From Histomonas meleagridis 2922-C6/04-290x (lineage: Eukaryota > Protista > Parabasalia): a stretch of DNA of 64,000 nucleotides. Made by a program: the position numbers and the translations under genes. The stretch covers positions 96,520-160,519 of the forward strand of contig JAANOX010000104.1 in the NCBI GenBank assembly GCA_020184695.1. The letters are read 5' to 3'. Under the pieces are notes generated by a model. That model was not told the DNA's origin and did no database searches. It was given only the letters and a program-made list of their open reading frames with translations. Below are positions 1 to 11,432 of this stretch, piece after piece. Each line of letters starts with the position of its first letter. The first letter of the stretch is position 1.

Positions 1-1
1 A

Positions 2-433
2 AAAACAAGTCAAACATCTCATACAAATCCATCAGCAAAAACAAGTCAAACATCTCATATAAATCCATCAGGAAAATCAAATAATTCAACGAAATCAAAC
101 ACACCGGCAAAAACAAGTCAAACATCTCATATAAATCCATCAGGAAAATCAAATAATTCAACGAAATCAAACACACCGGCAAAAACAAGTCAAACATCTC
201 ATACAAATCCATCAGCAAAAACAAGTCAAACATCTCATACAAATCCATCAGGAAAATCAAATAATTCAACGAAATCAAATCCATCAGCAAAAACAAGTCA
301 AACATCTCATACAAATCCATCAGGAAAAACAAGTCAAACATCTCATACAAATCCATCAGCAAAATCAAATAATTCAACGAAATCAAATCCATCAGCAAAA
401 ACAAGTCAAACATCTCATACAAATCCATCAACA
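2..433 (+). repeat. Coding tandem array of 12 x 36-bp units of two types (KTSQTSH[T/I]NPS[A/G/T] and KSNNSTKSN[PS/TP]A)
   Basis: Units aaaacaagtcaaacatctcatacaaatccatcagca and aaatcaaataattcaacgaaatcaaatccatcagca read directly; all are 36 bp and keep frame 2. Confidence 0.9.
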
Positions 434-661
434 AAATCAAATAATACATCGCAATCAAATAAATGTATAAAATCTAATGTATCTCATCCAAATAAATTTA
501 CACCAAAAGTACCCACAAAATCAAACTCTAATTCATCAAACGCAACAAAGATTATTATTTGTATCTCTGCACCTGTTATAACTATAATTTTTCTAATAAT
601 TCCTTTAATAATTACAAAATTTCGCTTACGAAGAAATCAAAGTATCTTAGAAGAATATTAA
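2..661 (+). CDS. 3' end of a type-I membrane surface protein: Ser/Thr/Asn-rich repeat stalk, C-terminal TM helix and short basic tail (5' end outside window; not in the ORF track)
   Basis: Frame 2 is open from base 2 to TAA at 659-661. It reads KTSQTSHTNPSA-type repeats, then ...SNSSNATK-IIICISAPVITIIFLIIPLIIT-KFRLRRNQSILEEY*, i.e. a hydrophobic helix followed by basic stop-transfer residues. Confidence 0.75.
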   Translation, partial: KTSQTSHTNPSAKTSQTSHINPSGKSNNSTKSNTPAKTSQTSHINPSGKSNNSTKSNTPAKTSQTSHTNPSAKTSQTSHTNPSGKSNNSTKSNPSAKTSQTSHTNPSGKTSQTSHTNPSAKSNNSTKSNPSAKTSQTSHTNPSTKSNNTSQSNKCIKSNVSHPNKFTPKVPTKSNSNSSNATKIIICISAPVITIIFLIIPLIITKFRLRRNQSILEEY

Positions 662-674
662 TAAAAATATTTAT

Positions 675-3600
675 TTACATTTTATTTTCTTTTTGTAATT
701 TCTTACAATATTTAATGATTTTCATATTTCGCTTAATTTTCGCATCTTTTAATGATTGCTCAATTTCATTTTCAAGTCCATTATTTAATGCCAATAGCAT
801 TGCTTCTTCATCCAAATTAATCCATTTCAACATTTTATAATTCGTTTTGGATTCATTTATATTAATCAACAAATTTTTTAATATTTTTTGATTTTCCGAA
901 TTTTGTGTTAAGATCAATGAAAGCGCTTCAATTAAATTATTCGCATTTTCAGTTTCAAGTTTTGGAATCACATTTAACAAAAATTTTCCAAAATCGTAAC
1001 TTAATGATTGGCCGAAATATGCCGCGGCTTCAATCATTACGTCGTCGACGTTTACGTTTAAAATTCGAATTAGATCGAATCCATTTTTATAATCGCCGTT
1101 CACAAATAATTTCGAAATTCTTTTTACTAAATTTACATTCGGATCGAACAATGAAATTTCGAATCCGATTTTTTGTTGATAAGTATAAACCAAACATAAG
1201 TCATCCAAATCTTTACGATGACCTTTTGGTATTATATTTATCGGTAACAAATATTTCGTATCACTATTTTTTATTAATTTTAATGATGATATTAATGTTT
1301 GTTTTAATCCGATTATGAAATCGAAAAGTTTTTCTTTACTTTGATTCCTTAATTCGGAATTAGGAAATATAAAAATCGTTTGTTTTAATGGATTATCAAT
1401 ACAATAAATTACTAAAAGTAATATGAAATAAATACAATTATTATTATTTAATATATTTAATAATAAATGTAATGAATCATTAGTTAATATATTAAATAAT
1501 TTAAAGATTTTCGATTTAGATAAATATTTTGTTGTAACTTTTATTAATTCATTTTCATCATTAATTTGTAATGTTAAATTTTTATTATTAGAAATGTTTT
1601 TAGGTGTTAATGAAAATGATAATGTTTCAGTTATCGATGTATCAATATCATTTTGAACTCTTAAGAAACTCGAATTAATATCAAAAAAGATAAAATCAGG
1701 TGGAACATAATTCACAAATTCAATGAAATTCGAATTAAAATTATTTTTATAAAAACTTAATATGTTATCATCATAATCAAATGAATACAAATTTTTCGAA
1801 TTTTTATTATTTTTATTTTCTATTTTAAGCTCAAATGGAATATTTATATTAAATTTCAATGTTTTCTCATTATTCGTTTTATTACAATTAAAAATACCAA
1901 AAAAGTTATAACAATTTTCAATTTTTAATTTCGTTGTATCAGAAATATGAATATTATTTTGTTCTAATAAATTAATTACATTTTTTTGATCATATAATTC
2001 CGAAATATCTCTTAACTCTTGAATGTTATTACCCGAATAAATAATTTTATTTTTATGATATAACAAATTATGTGTAAATTCATTTAATATTTTATATATT
2101 AATGAATTCGATGCAAATTTTTTCATTTTCGTTAAGTAATGAAGAATTTGTATTTCTTTTTCTTCCGAATCAATTATAAATTTCGATAAAATTTCTTCAA
2201 TTAATTTATTCTCATTATTCGAATATGAAATTAATTTTAATGATTTTGGTAAATTTTTAATAATTGCAAATGTTAAATCTAAATCATTTATTAGTTTTGA
2301 TAATGAATACCCACAATCATATGAATAATTTATTCCAATGTCAATTATCATTTCAGATAATATTTCATTATTTATATTCGAAAAATTATTTTTTATATGT
2401 TTTAATACAAAACTTTTTTCTTCTTCTTTATTACAAAATATATTTGAATTTCGTATAAATATTAAAATTTTACAAAAGTTTTGTATCAATTTAATTATAT
2501 CTTTACCAATAATATGATTTTGTAAATGATATATCGAAAGTAAATGAAATTTCTCAGGAAAATTAAAGACAAAATCAAAATTAGGAATTAATTTCATTAA
2601 ATAACTCCATTGTTTACACACAATTTCTATTTCATTTTTATTATTAGTTATATTTATGTTTTTAAGTTCAGTTAATTTTTGTGATAAAGGTATTAACGCT
2701 AAACTATTAATTGGTAAAAATGAAATATATGTTTCAATGAATTCGATACACCAATTTATAGGGAAATTATGAATTATCATTAATATTTCACTATAATATG
2801 GTTCTAAATCATATGAATATATTATATCATCAAGAATTCTCATTGAAGTTTCTTGATTTTTCGTTTGTTTAATGTTTTCTATTATATTTTCTATTGTTTT
2901 ATTTTGATTTTCTTGAAAATTATTTTCTAAATAACGTTTTACTATTTTAAAATTATTCAAATTATTTATTTCTTTTATTATTTCATTATTAGAAATTCGA
3001 TTTATTGAATATGGAATTGTTATTAATGGTTTCTCTTGAAGCATTTTATGTATTAACAAATTTTTTATTGATTTTTTAGAACTAAAAATAAATTTTATTA
3101 TGTCAATTTTAGTTTCATTAAATAAATATTCGACTTCTTGTATCGAATTTGATGAATTTATTATATCAAAAATTCGATTTTCAGGTGAAACTTTTAATGT
3201 TTCTTCAGTTGTAATAATTTGATATAACAAATTACAATATGATTTTAATTGTTTATTAGGAAAATTATATTTTATAATTTTCGAAATTCGTTTCTTCAAT
3301 TCTATAATTGATTTAAATTGATTCAAATTGATGTTTTTCGGATATTTTTGTTTTTGATATAATATTTTTTGTATATAATTTTTATATTTTTCCGAATTTT
3401 CGATTTTGTTTACTAAAAATAAAAAGTTTCGATTTGATGAACATAAATCCAAAATGAAAATTTCTTTTTGTTCATTATCATAATCATTTAAATATGTATT
3501 AATAAATGAAATAATTTCATCATTAATAATGTTTTCAATTTGATTTCCAAATTTCTCTAAAATATTTAATGAAAAAAGTTTCGATAATATGAAATTCGGA

Positions 3601-4991
3601 GGATTTCCAAATATTTCAATAATTTTATTTATTTGTGAAATTGATTTTAATGATTTTGTATAATAATAATTTTGTGGTAACAAAACATTTTCAAATTTCG
3701 GCTCATTAAAAAGTAATTTTGCTATTTTAAACTTAAAAATTGCGTTTTTTAAATATTTATTTAATTCGTTTGGTACAATTTCATTATTTTTATTAATTTT
3801 CTTTAATAATTTATAAGATGTATTAAAATCGAAATAAAAGTTATTATCATTTTTATTCTTAATAAATAATATCGAAAACAAATCAATGATTAAATTCGAA
3901 GGAATTAAATTAATATTTTTTTCTAAAATCAAATTTTTTATTATTATGAAATCTTGTATAAAATTATAATCAATTTCCCAATTTTTCGTTGGGATAAATA
4001 TAAATTCCGAATTACGTGGAAATGATTTTAATAATTCCGATGTAAATAATTCATCACCTAAAAGAAAAGGAATCGAATATTTTTGGATTTGTTCCCAATT
4101 ATTCTTTCCATTTAAATCAAGTTTTTGTGATAACAATAAATAATTATGAATTTTAGATACTAAATCATTTGGTGGTAATGATTTAATCGCTTGAAGTAAT
4201 TGTTCTAATGGTGTTGTTGTCGATATTTGTAATAGAAATGATAATAATTGTAAATCAGGAAATAATTTTAAGGTTAATGCAAAGTTTTTATTAATGAAAA
4301 ATTCATGTGATCGAATAGTGGAATTAATTAATTGAATATAATAATCTTTCATTAAACTGTCAAAATGTGTAGATAATGTTTGCGCAGAATATATTTGATT
4401 ACTTTTGAAATTATTTAAAAGACCTTCAAAAAAAGTAAATAAATTGACCTTCGTTGAACATCGTTTTTCAAATATATACTCTAATATATCATCAAACGAA
4501 TATTTGATATGTGGATAAAGTGAAATGGTTTGAGAAATAAAGGATATTGGAATCCCTGGATTATTTGTACATGCTATGATGAAAGTTAGTGCCTCAGAAT
4601 ATGTAAAAGATTTTAAAACATTAATAAATTCATAGGGAAATGTTTCTTGTAAATTTAAAATTCGATCTGAATATGAATGAGCATATGAAATTAGTTGCTC
4701 ATGATTTGATAAATCAGGATGAATATTGGAATAATCAAATGGAACTGGAGGATTAATTTGTGTATTAAGAATAGAGTTAATATAACATTCTACACCCCAT
4801 TTGAAAAGTATTTTGTTCGTTTCTTTAATTGGATCTGTAATTGAAAGTGATTGAAAAATGGATAATGTTGAAACTAAATCTTTGTTATCTGATTTGAATA
4901 ACATCGAATTTTGGAATTGGCTCAGTGAGAGTTCTCTAATGAATTCAATGGGAATTTGTCTTTTTATATTAGGAAATAGAGTTGAATCCAT
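675..4991 (-). CDS. Large alpha-solenoid protein; C-terminus resembles spastizin/ZFYVE26 (SPG15)
   Basis: 1438-aa ORF. The last ~150 aa (SLFDPN..KRISKLFVNGDYKNGFDLIRILNVNVDDVMIEAAAYF...AMLLALNNGLENEIEQSLKDAKIKRNMKIIKYCKKL) follow the spacing of the SPG15 C-terminal domain as I recall it; no database search. Confidence 0.5.
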   Translation of the reverse strand: MDSTLFPNIKRQIPIEFIRELSLSQFQNSMLFKSDNKDLVSTLSIFQSLSITDPIKETNKILFKWGVECYINSILNTQINPPVPFDYSNIHPDLSNHEQLISYAHSYSDRILNLQETFPYEFINVLKSFTYSEALTFIIACTNNPGIPISFISQTISLYPHIKYSFDDILEYIFEKRCSTKVNLFTFFEGLLNNFKSNQIYSAQTLSTHFDSLMKDYYIQLINSTIRSHEFFINKNFALTLKLFPDLQLLSFLLQISTTTPLEQLLQAIKSLPPNDLVSKIHNYLLLSQKLDLNGKNNWEQIQKYSIPFLLGDELFTSELLKSFPRNSEFIFIPTKNWEIDYNFIQDFIIIKNLILEKNINLIPSNLIIDLFSILFIKNKNDNNFYFDFNTSYKLLKKINKNNEIVPNELNKYLKNAIFKFKIAKLLFNEPKFENVLLPQNYYYTKSLKSISQINKIIEIFGNPPNFILSKLFSLNILEKFGNQIENIINDEIISFINTYLNDYDNEQKEIFILDLCSSNRNFLFLVNKIENSEKYKNYIQKILYQKQKYPKNINLNQFKSIIELKKRISKIIKYNFPNKQLKSYCNLLYQIITTEETLKVSPENRIFDIINSSNSIQEVEYLFNETKIDIIKFIFSSKKSIKNLLIHKMLQEKPLITIPYSINRISNNEIIKEINNLNNFKIVKRYLENNFQENQNKTIENIIENIKQTKNQETSMRILDDIIYSYDLEPYYSEILMIIHNFPINWCIEFIETYISFLPINSLALIPLSQKLTELKNINITNNKNEIEIVCKQWSYLMKLIPNFDFVFNFPEKFHLLSIYHLQNHIIGKDIIKLIQNFCKILIFIRNSNIFCNKEEEKSFVLKHIKNNFSNINNEILSEMIIDIGINYSYDCGYSLSKLINDLDLTFAIIKNLPKSLKLISYSNNENKLIEEILSKFIIDSEEKEIQILHYLTKMKKFASNSLIYKILNEFTHNLLYHKNKIIYSGNNIQELRDISELYDQKNVINLLEQNNIHISDTTKLKIENCYNFFGIFNCNKTNNEKTLKFNINIPFELKIENKNNKNSKNLYSFDYDDNILSFYKNNFNSNFIEFVNYVPPDFIFFDINSSFLRVQNDIDTSITETLSFSLTPKNISNNKNLTLQINDENELIKVTTKYLSKSKIFKLFNILTNDSLHLLLNILNNNNCIYFILLLVIYCIDNPLKQTIFIFPNSELRNQSKEKLFDFIIGLKQTLISSLKLIKNSDTKYLLPINIIPKGHRKDLDDLCLVYTYQQKIGFEISLFDPNVNLVKRISKLFVNGDYKNGFDLIRILNVNVDDVMIEAAAYFGQSLSYDFGKFLLNVIPKLETENANNLIEALSLILTQNSENQKILKNLLININESKTNYKMLKWINLDEEAMLLALNNGLENEIEQSLKDAKIKRNMKIIKYCKKLQKENKM

Positions 4992-5314
4992 TTCCTTCGT
5001 ATTCTATCGTAATTATCTATAATACATTTACTCATACATTGAAAACCTTTCTCTTAGATTAGCAGCACTTTTCGATCTGTTTTAAAGTGAAACCGATACT
5101 GCTGATTTTTTTCACATGTATTAGACTTAATAATTCAAATTAGAACAATAAATTAAAACATAAAATAAAGACAATTTTTAAAGTAGAAAATTCATATTGA
5201 TTATTAATTAGATTATCAATAACAAAATTTTGGTGTAATGCAATGATGACATACACTTAAGAAGAATGAGTATTAAACAAACAATTCATAGATCAATTTA
5301 AAAGAAATTGTTTA

Positions 5315-8300
5315 CTAACTTTTCAAAAAACTTTTGAAATCCTCTTCGTCTTGCTTTGTAATAGCTAGTTTTGGATCTTGAAAAATACATCTAGCTGCAT
5401 ATCTTATTGATGCAACACACCTTGGACCATATCTATCAAAGTCAGTGTCAGCTGCATGAATTGGTAGGTAGCGATTTAAATCTGATTTTAACATAGAATG
5501 TAACCACATTTCCAACTTGAAAGTATACCTTACAACTTTCCATTCTGAAAAGTAATCATTTGATAAAATTAAAACATAAGTAAACTTACTTGATTTTAAT
5601 TGTAATTTTTCTTTTTCTTTTATTGAAGTAATATATCCTATATTATATCTTTCATTTATTGCCTTTTCTATCGAGTTGAGTTCATTTTGACTAATATTTC
5701 TTACATACAAAACATTAACCGTATACCCACTTAATGTTGTTGATCTTCTTTTATTATATCTTTCGAATCTTCGTAAGTTATTTCTAATATTAATATTCTT
5801 ATACAATAAAAACTTTGAGTTACTGCTTGAAAATTGAACGCCAAATATTGCTTGGAATAAGTACATGGAATTATGATTTGGTTGTTCAAAGAATACATAC
5901 GAAACTTGATAATTAGAAATAGATGAAATATTCGAAAGACTTAATATTTCAACATTGTAAAGATCTCTAAAATAAATTTTAGGATATAAAGTTGTTATTA
6001 AATTGCTTTCAATTTGATTTGCTTTTTTCAAATGATTATTAATTTTATTATTATAAATAATTCGTGGAATTGAAAATGCTAATCCAATTAATGGAACAAA
6101 TGATAATATAGTAACAGCAGTGCCTGAAGCACCTTCATATAACCATTTCATGCCATTAAGTTCTTTTCCTTCCTGCATAAATTCTGTCCAGTTTTTATCG
6201 TTAGCTTTTATATATGATAATAAATCATGAAGAATTTCATTAGAATATTGCTGAAAGTCTAAAAATGAAATATCTTCATTGCCAAGAATATATGGTAATA
6301 CATAACGTGTAGTCATAATAAATATTGTATTTATAGTTTGATGAATTGATTCTACATTATAATCATTAAAAAAAGATTTCATTAGAAGTAATGAAATATA
6401 TTGATTAAGAGTTAAACTACATGCACAACACAATTTAAGTGAGCGATTAAGATTATTCGGAATCCTTTCATTCTGAAAATTAAGGATTTTATTCCGTACT
6501 TCAATATAAAATTCATCAAACAATGAAATAATTCCATATCTAAGAAAATTAAAACATTCATTTACATTCATTTGATTTGTTGTTGCTGTTAAAATAAAAT
6601 ATAATGATTGATAAACAGTGTTAACATAAACGTTGAAATTATTTCGATAATCTCCAAGTGGAAGTGGATGAAGAGAATTTGGTGCATAATATTCTTTAGC
6701 TATTTGATGTTGTTCCCACCATACACTTTGAAATCCCTTTATATTCTCCAAATATTCATCTGGATCGCTATTATTTAATACAATGTTCAAGTCTGCTTTA
6801 TATTTCTTTACAAGAAAATATACTTTTGATAATGGTAGAGATGATGAAAGTTGAGCACGTCGAATAGTTGTTAAAACAGTTTTCATACTATCAACACTAT
6901 CATTAAAATCAGAAATTGTCAAACAAACAGTAGAAACCGATGTAAATAATGCATTTGTTTTATCAAGAACATTTTTAAGTTGCATTTCATATTGTTCATC
7001 TCCAATTCCTTGAGAATCAATAAAAAATATTGCAGTTTCCTTATTGATTTTAGATTTTGTAATAAGAGAATTACATTTGCCAATAAGTTCACCATATACC
7101 GGTTCATCATCTTTTTCAATAGAAGCTATTCTATTAATTAAATCAGATCTAAGATATGGTCCATCAATCAATAATCCTTGTGTTTGACTTGCCGTTCCTT
7201 GTCCAGCATAATATGCAGAATTCCCTGTTAGTGTCTGTAAATACGTAGATTTTCCAGTTTGATATTTACCATATAACATTACGACCACAACTGGTCTATT
7301 ACCTGCTCTTTTAAGAATTTCTTCTAATTTATCGACTTTTACAATTTCTTTTTTCCATTGATTTGGTTCATTTAATATTGGTTCTGGAATCAAAAAATTT
7401 ATCATAGGACAGCGATCATTAGAAATTATGTATTGCTTGTATGTATCAACTTCCGCTACATTAATAGAAAGTGATTCATACTCTGATTTTATCTTTTTAA
7501 AAATTTTTTTGAAATTTGGTCTTTCCTTTGGATCTAGAGAAAGACATTTTTGAATTAATTTAGCAAAAAACTTAATATTAGTTAGTTCAGGAAGAATGTT
7601 ATTTTTCTTTTTTCTTATAATTTCAAAAGTACTAAGTCCGGTATAAGGCATTTTGCCAGTTAATATTTCGTTCATGAGTAAGCCAAAAGAATAAACATCA
7701 ACTTCTTTTGTATAATTATTTCCTTCAAAAATTTCTGGAGCAATATAAACTAATGTTCCAATATGTGTTGACATTAACTCATTTTGTGGAACTGTTCTGG
7801 AAATATCAAAGTCAGTTATTATCGGTCGGTATTGACTATCCACCAAGATATTATCAACTTTGAGATCACGATGACATATCTTTAATTTATGAAGGTATTC
7901 CATACCTGCTGCAATACCAAGTATTAGTATAACTTTATGTGTTAAGTTCCACTCATGTGGTGGTTTCTGAATTACATTTCTTAGAGAACCATGTTCTTGA
8001 AAAGGTGTAATTAAAAGCGAATCCTTGTAGTTACCAGTGTCGTAAAACCCAACAACTGTTTGAATACAAGGATGTGAGCACATGCATAAAAACTTATATT
8101 CATCTTTAAGAGAATTGTATGCACTTTAACTTTTGGCCTTTTTCATTGCTACATATTGTGATGTACTTTTGATAATACCTTTATCAATAACACCAAATCC
8201 GCCTTGACTAATTGCCTTTTTAACAATTTCAAAATTGTCTAGACTTCTTAGTTGATGCTTTTCCATTCTTACTCTAAGTTGCTGGGAAAATTTATTAGCT

Positions 8301-8377
8301 TTATTCATCTTCCTTAATGTAATAAAAATAATGAATGAAAAATGCCAAGCAATTATATCTGGCATTTTTATATTCAT
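5315..8377 (-). CDS. TKL-type protein kinase fused to a GBP/atlastin-like P-loop GTPase; interrupted by one in-frame TAA (8126-8128)
   Basis: ORFs 8126..8377 and 5315..8083 are in the same frame. Kinase motifs GGFG, VAMK, HRDLKVDN, DFD, APE, DVYSFG are followed by GKYQTGKS (G1), SQTQG (G2) and DSQG (G3), then a hydrophobic segment TAVTILSFVPLIGLAFSIP. The true start could be the ATG at 8308. Confidence 0.8.
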
Positions 8378-9258
8378 GGTTTTTCAACGCTGATAATTCG
8401 ATCAAATCAAATAGCCATGTTACAGACATTGTTGTTGAAGGAATAATTGTCAAAAATGAGTTGATTGAATAGATGATTGAATTGCTATATTGAATTTTTT
8501 TGGTGTTTCAATCAAACGTCAACATGAAATTTCATTCAAGAAGCTTCTTGTCAAAAAGTGGATAAAAACTATTTGAGTTGGAATCATAATGCATTAAACT
8601 TGATAAAATGTTTGCGTCATCCATATTACAACAATATTGTGTTTCACCAAAATTCAATTAGGATCCGTTTTTCTCGTATCGGACAAAATGAACGGGTTAA
8701 ATTTTCCAAATTTCTAACAAAATCAATATCTGTGTAATTTAACACAGGTAAACCTAAACATCATCATTAAAAATGGTATATTAATATAATTATGATATTT
8801 TCTAATGTTATTCCATTCATCGTAACCATTTCTACTTTTCACAAATATAATATTTTAATTCGCCTAGACCTTTTTTTAGATAAAAATATTCCTATGTCAG
8901 AAATTTTATTAAAATTTTGTACACTCTTGATGAAATCAATACCCAACCAATAACAAAAACTTTTGTGAAAAAATTTCTAACACACTGTGGTGCTTGCACA
9001 AAAAATCCCATTAGCCTAGAAAAAACTGAACATTATTGCAATAATAATTAATTGAACAATTTTTATGCATAATTACCGATCAGTGGGCATTTCCAGAATG
9101 CAGTGATCATAAATTCCATCTAATTTTAATAGATGAATAAACATCATTATATTTGCGCGTGATTTAACATTTTTGTGCTAAAACAAATGGGTTCAAGCAT
9201 AATCAAAATCATAAAGAATGAATAAATACAAATTAATATAATTTAAGTTAATTGCTTT

Positions 9259-9819
9259 TTATACGTGGTAGAGCCTAGACTTCCTGCGGCCGCGTGCCAT
9301 TTCGAATTTACGACCATGAGCACGAACTTTTGGACGAGACTTGCTATTATCATCACCAGGAGCAGCACCAAAATGCTTGCATGCTTCACGGCGTTTGCGA
9401 TCACCTTCAAGAAGAAGGCATTTTTCACCTGTTGGGCGAAGTTGTGCAAGTTGGTCAAATGTGATGATCTCGCCACCTGCAGCAAGAATTCTAGCACGTG
9501 CTGTCTCAGAGAACTTAAGAGCAGCAACTTTCATCTTAGGAACAACCAAAAGGCGTTCATCATTAACAATCTTTGCTACGACTACAGCAATTGTATCAGC
9601 ATCTTTGCCTTGAAGAGCAACAGCGAGACGAGAAACTGAATATGGACGTCTATTTGTGTTCGAAAGACAAAGACGATGTGCAATCTTCTTATTGAAATCA
9701 TTTCCAGTACGTTGTGCGAGGTAGCTATATAATCTGAATAACATTCTGAGCTGAACATTTTTCGACTTGGGCTCGCGCCTCATTTTCTTTGGCACTCTAT
9801 GATCCAAATCCACGCCCAT
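9259..9819 (-). CDS. RPL18: 60S ribosomal protein L18 (eL18)
   Basis: MGVDL...REPKSKNVQLRMLFRLYSYLAQRT...FNKKIAHRL...V.KIVNDERLL.VPKMKVAALKFSETARARIL.AGGEIITFDQLA...PKVRAHGRKFEMARGRRKSR, the classic eL18 pattern. Confidence 0.97.
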   Translation of the reverse strand: MGVDLDHRVPKKMRREPKSKNVQLRMLFRLYSYLAQRTGNDFNKKIAHRLCLSNTNRRPYSVSRLAVALQGKDADTIAVVVAKIVNDERLLVVPKMKVAALKFSETARARILAAGGEIITFDQLAQLRPTGEKCLLLEGDRKRREACKHFGAAPGDDNSKSRPKVRAHGRKFEMARGRRKSRLYHV

Positions 9820-9830
9820 TACTTATAATA

Positions 9831-9837
9831 AAAGTGA
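9831..9837 (-). promoter_or_regulatory. Initiator (Inr)-like element TCACTTT of RPL18
   Basis: TCACTTT ends 11 nt before the RPL18 ATG and matches the trichomonad Inr consensus TCAYTWY. Confidence 0.6.
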
Positions 9838-9890
9838 ACTGAAGTCTCCATTCAATTATAGACAAGGTCTGTTTGGTCCAACAACATGGA

Positions 9891-9898
9891 GACCGTTT
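9891..9898 (+). promoter_or_regulatory. M3-like (Myb-type) core promoter motif GACCGTTT
   Basis: Fits the T. vaginalis M3 consensus DRCSGYTD; lies between divergent RPL18 and the 10033 gene. The same word recurs in other promoter gaps (see findings). Confidence 0.5.
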
Positions 9899-10032
9899 AA
9901 AATGCATTTTAAATTTTGATTGAAAGGAAAATTATCGTCAAAATCTTCGAGTATTGAAAATAATGTAAAACATTCAAAAATAAAATGCCCATAATTTAAG
10001 ATATCAAATGATGGTCATTTTTTTTATTTTTA

Positions 10033-11100
10033 ATGAACGATATGGAAGATACAACTAAAAGATTATATAACGTTAATCTTCTTCCTGCTGATTATTCTGC
10101 TGATACATTGCCTCCTACAAATGCATCTTCTCCACCAGATTCCAAAATCAAAAAAAGAATTACATTAAACGAACTAAAAGAATTGTTACTTAATAATATA
10201 TTTTTAATTGTACCTGTTTTCTTATTAATATTTTTCACTATCCTATTTTTCTGTTCCCATTTTATTCCAAGAAGTAGATATTTAGAAGCCAAAAAACAAC
10301 ATCCCGATTTAAATTTTTTAGAGTTACCTACACACTATTAAATAGAACATTGGATATATTATGCGTGTTTAGTCCTTGTTTTTTTACTTATTCTTCTTGT
10401 AATATCTAAAGAATGGTGGTATCTCTACATAATTATAGGTTTAGCATCTGGTTACATATTATTTTGTGGAGTTGTTTATCACGAAAATGTTAATGACTTA
10501 TCTAGGAAAATATGGTATCAATCCTATAATTATACAACTTATGAAAAAAATATTAGTAAAATGTTAAAAGAAATTCCATACATTAAAATTGGAGCAATTG
10601 GAAAATACAATGATGGTGAAGATCCTTATGAATGTAATCCAAAAGCATTTTATGTTTATGGGGAAAATGCGTCTGTATCTATAGATGAAAATGAAATTAG
10701 TGATTATGCATGGGTACAATTTATTATTAACTCTTCTGAAACTGATGAACAAAAACAATATATTAAAGAATTTAGTGATATATATAAATCTTATTTACCA
10801 AATGAAATTGTAGGTCGTAAGGTATATTGGGATTATGAATTTGGCTTTAGACTAAGGACTTATACAAATAAGTTAATTTTTGTAAAGAAAAAGGAAATTG
10901 AAAAAAGAATTAGCAAGCTAATAGGAATTACAATGATGGTGTTTTGGTCACATATAGGTTATATTTACAGACTTATTTCAATACCTCTTTATTATATAAC
11001 AATATCATTAAAAAATATAGAAATTAATCTGACTATGATTCGTGAAAAGAATTCAAGTGTTTGGGAAAACTTTTATTTGGATTGCAGAGTGGTTTATTAA
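10033..11100 (+). CDS. Multi-pass membrane protein of unknown function, interrupted by one in-frame TAA (10339-10341)
   Basis: ORFs 10033..10341 and 10561..11100 are in the same frame. The 73 codons between them are open and encode two more hydrophobic helices (IEHWIYYACLVLVFLLILLVISKEWWYLYIIIGLASGYILFCGVVY). Confidence 0.65.
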
Positions 11101-11432
11101 GTGACAAATAAAAAGTATTTTTCATTTTAATTGAATAAAAAAAGTTTCAATTAATGTTTCCATATACTTTTCGATCATCTTTCGTTGCAGACGAATTCAT
11201 CAATTAATTGATGCGAAAAAGAAAAACAATTCAATATTATAAAGAAACACAAATGATATTTAATTAAGATAAACTTATTGCTGATAACATTTTTGAAATA
11301 AATAATAAAACATTAACATTATACTAAAACCATTAAATAATTAATTATCCTTATAAACAAACAAATAATTTTGTACTAAAAAAAAAATATTTTTTTTCAT
11401 GGTAAACATTTATTAAGAAACAGAATTTATTA

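Noticed and set aside
8400-9230. Coding-like remnants on the minus strand upstream of the kinase
   Set aside because: Only short broken fragments with no recognisable family; insufficient support for a feature call.
8126-10341. TAA reassigned to a sense codon (alternative genetic code)
   Set aside because: Only two isolated internal TAAs were seen; most intact genes in the window terminate at TAA and long ORFs contain none internally.
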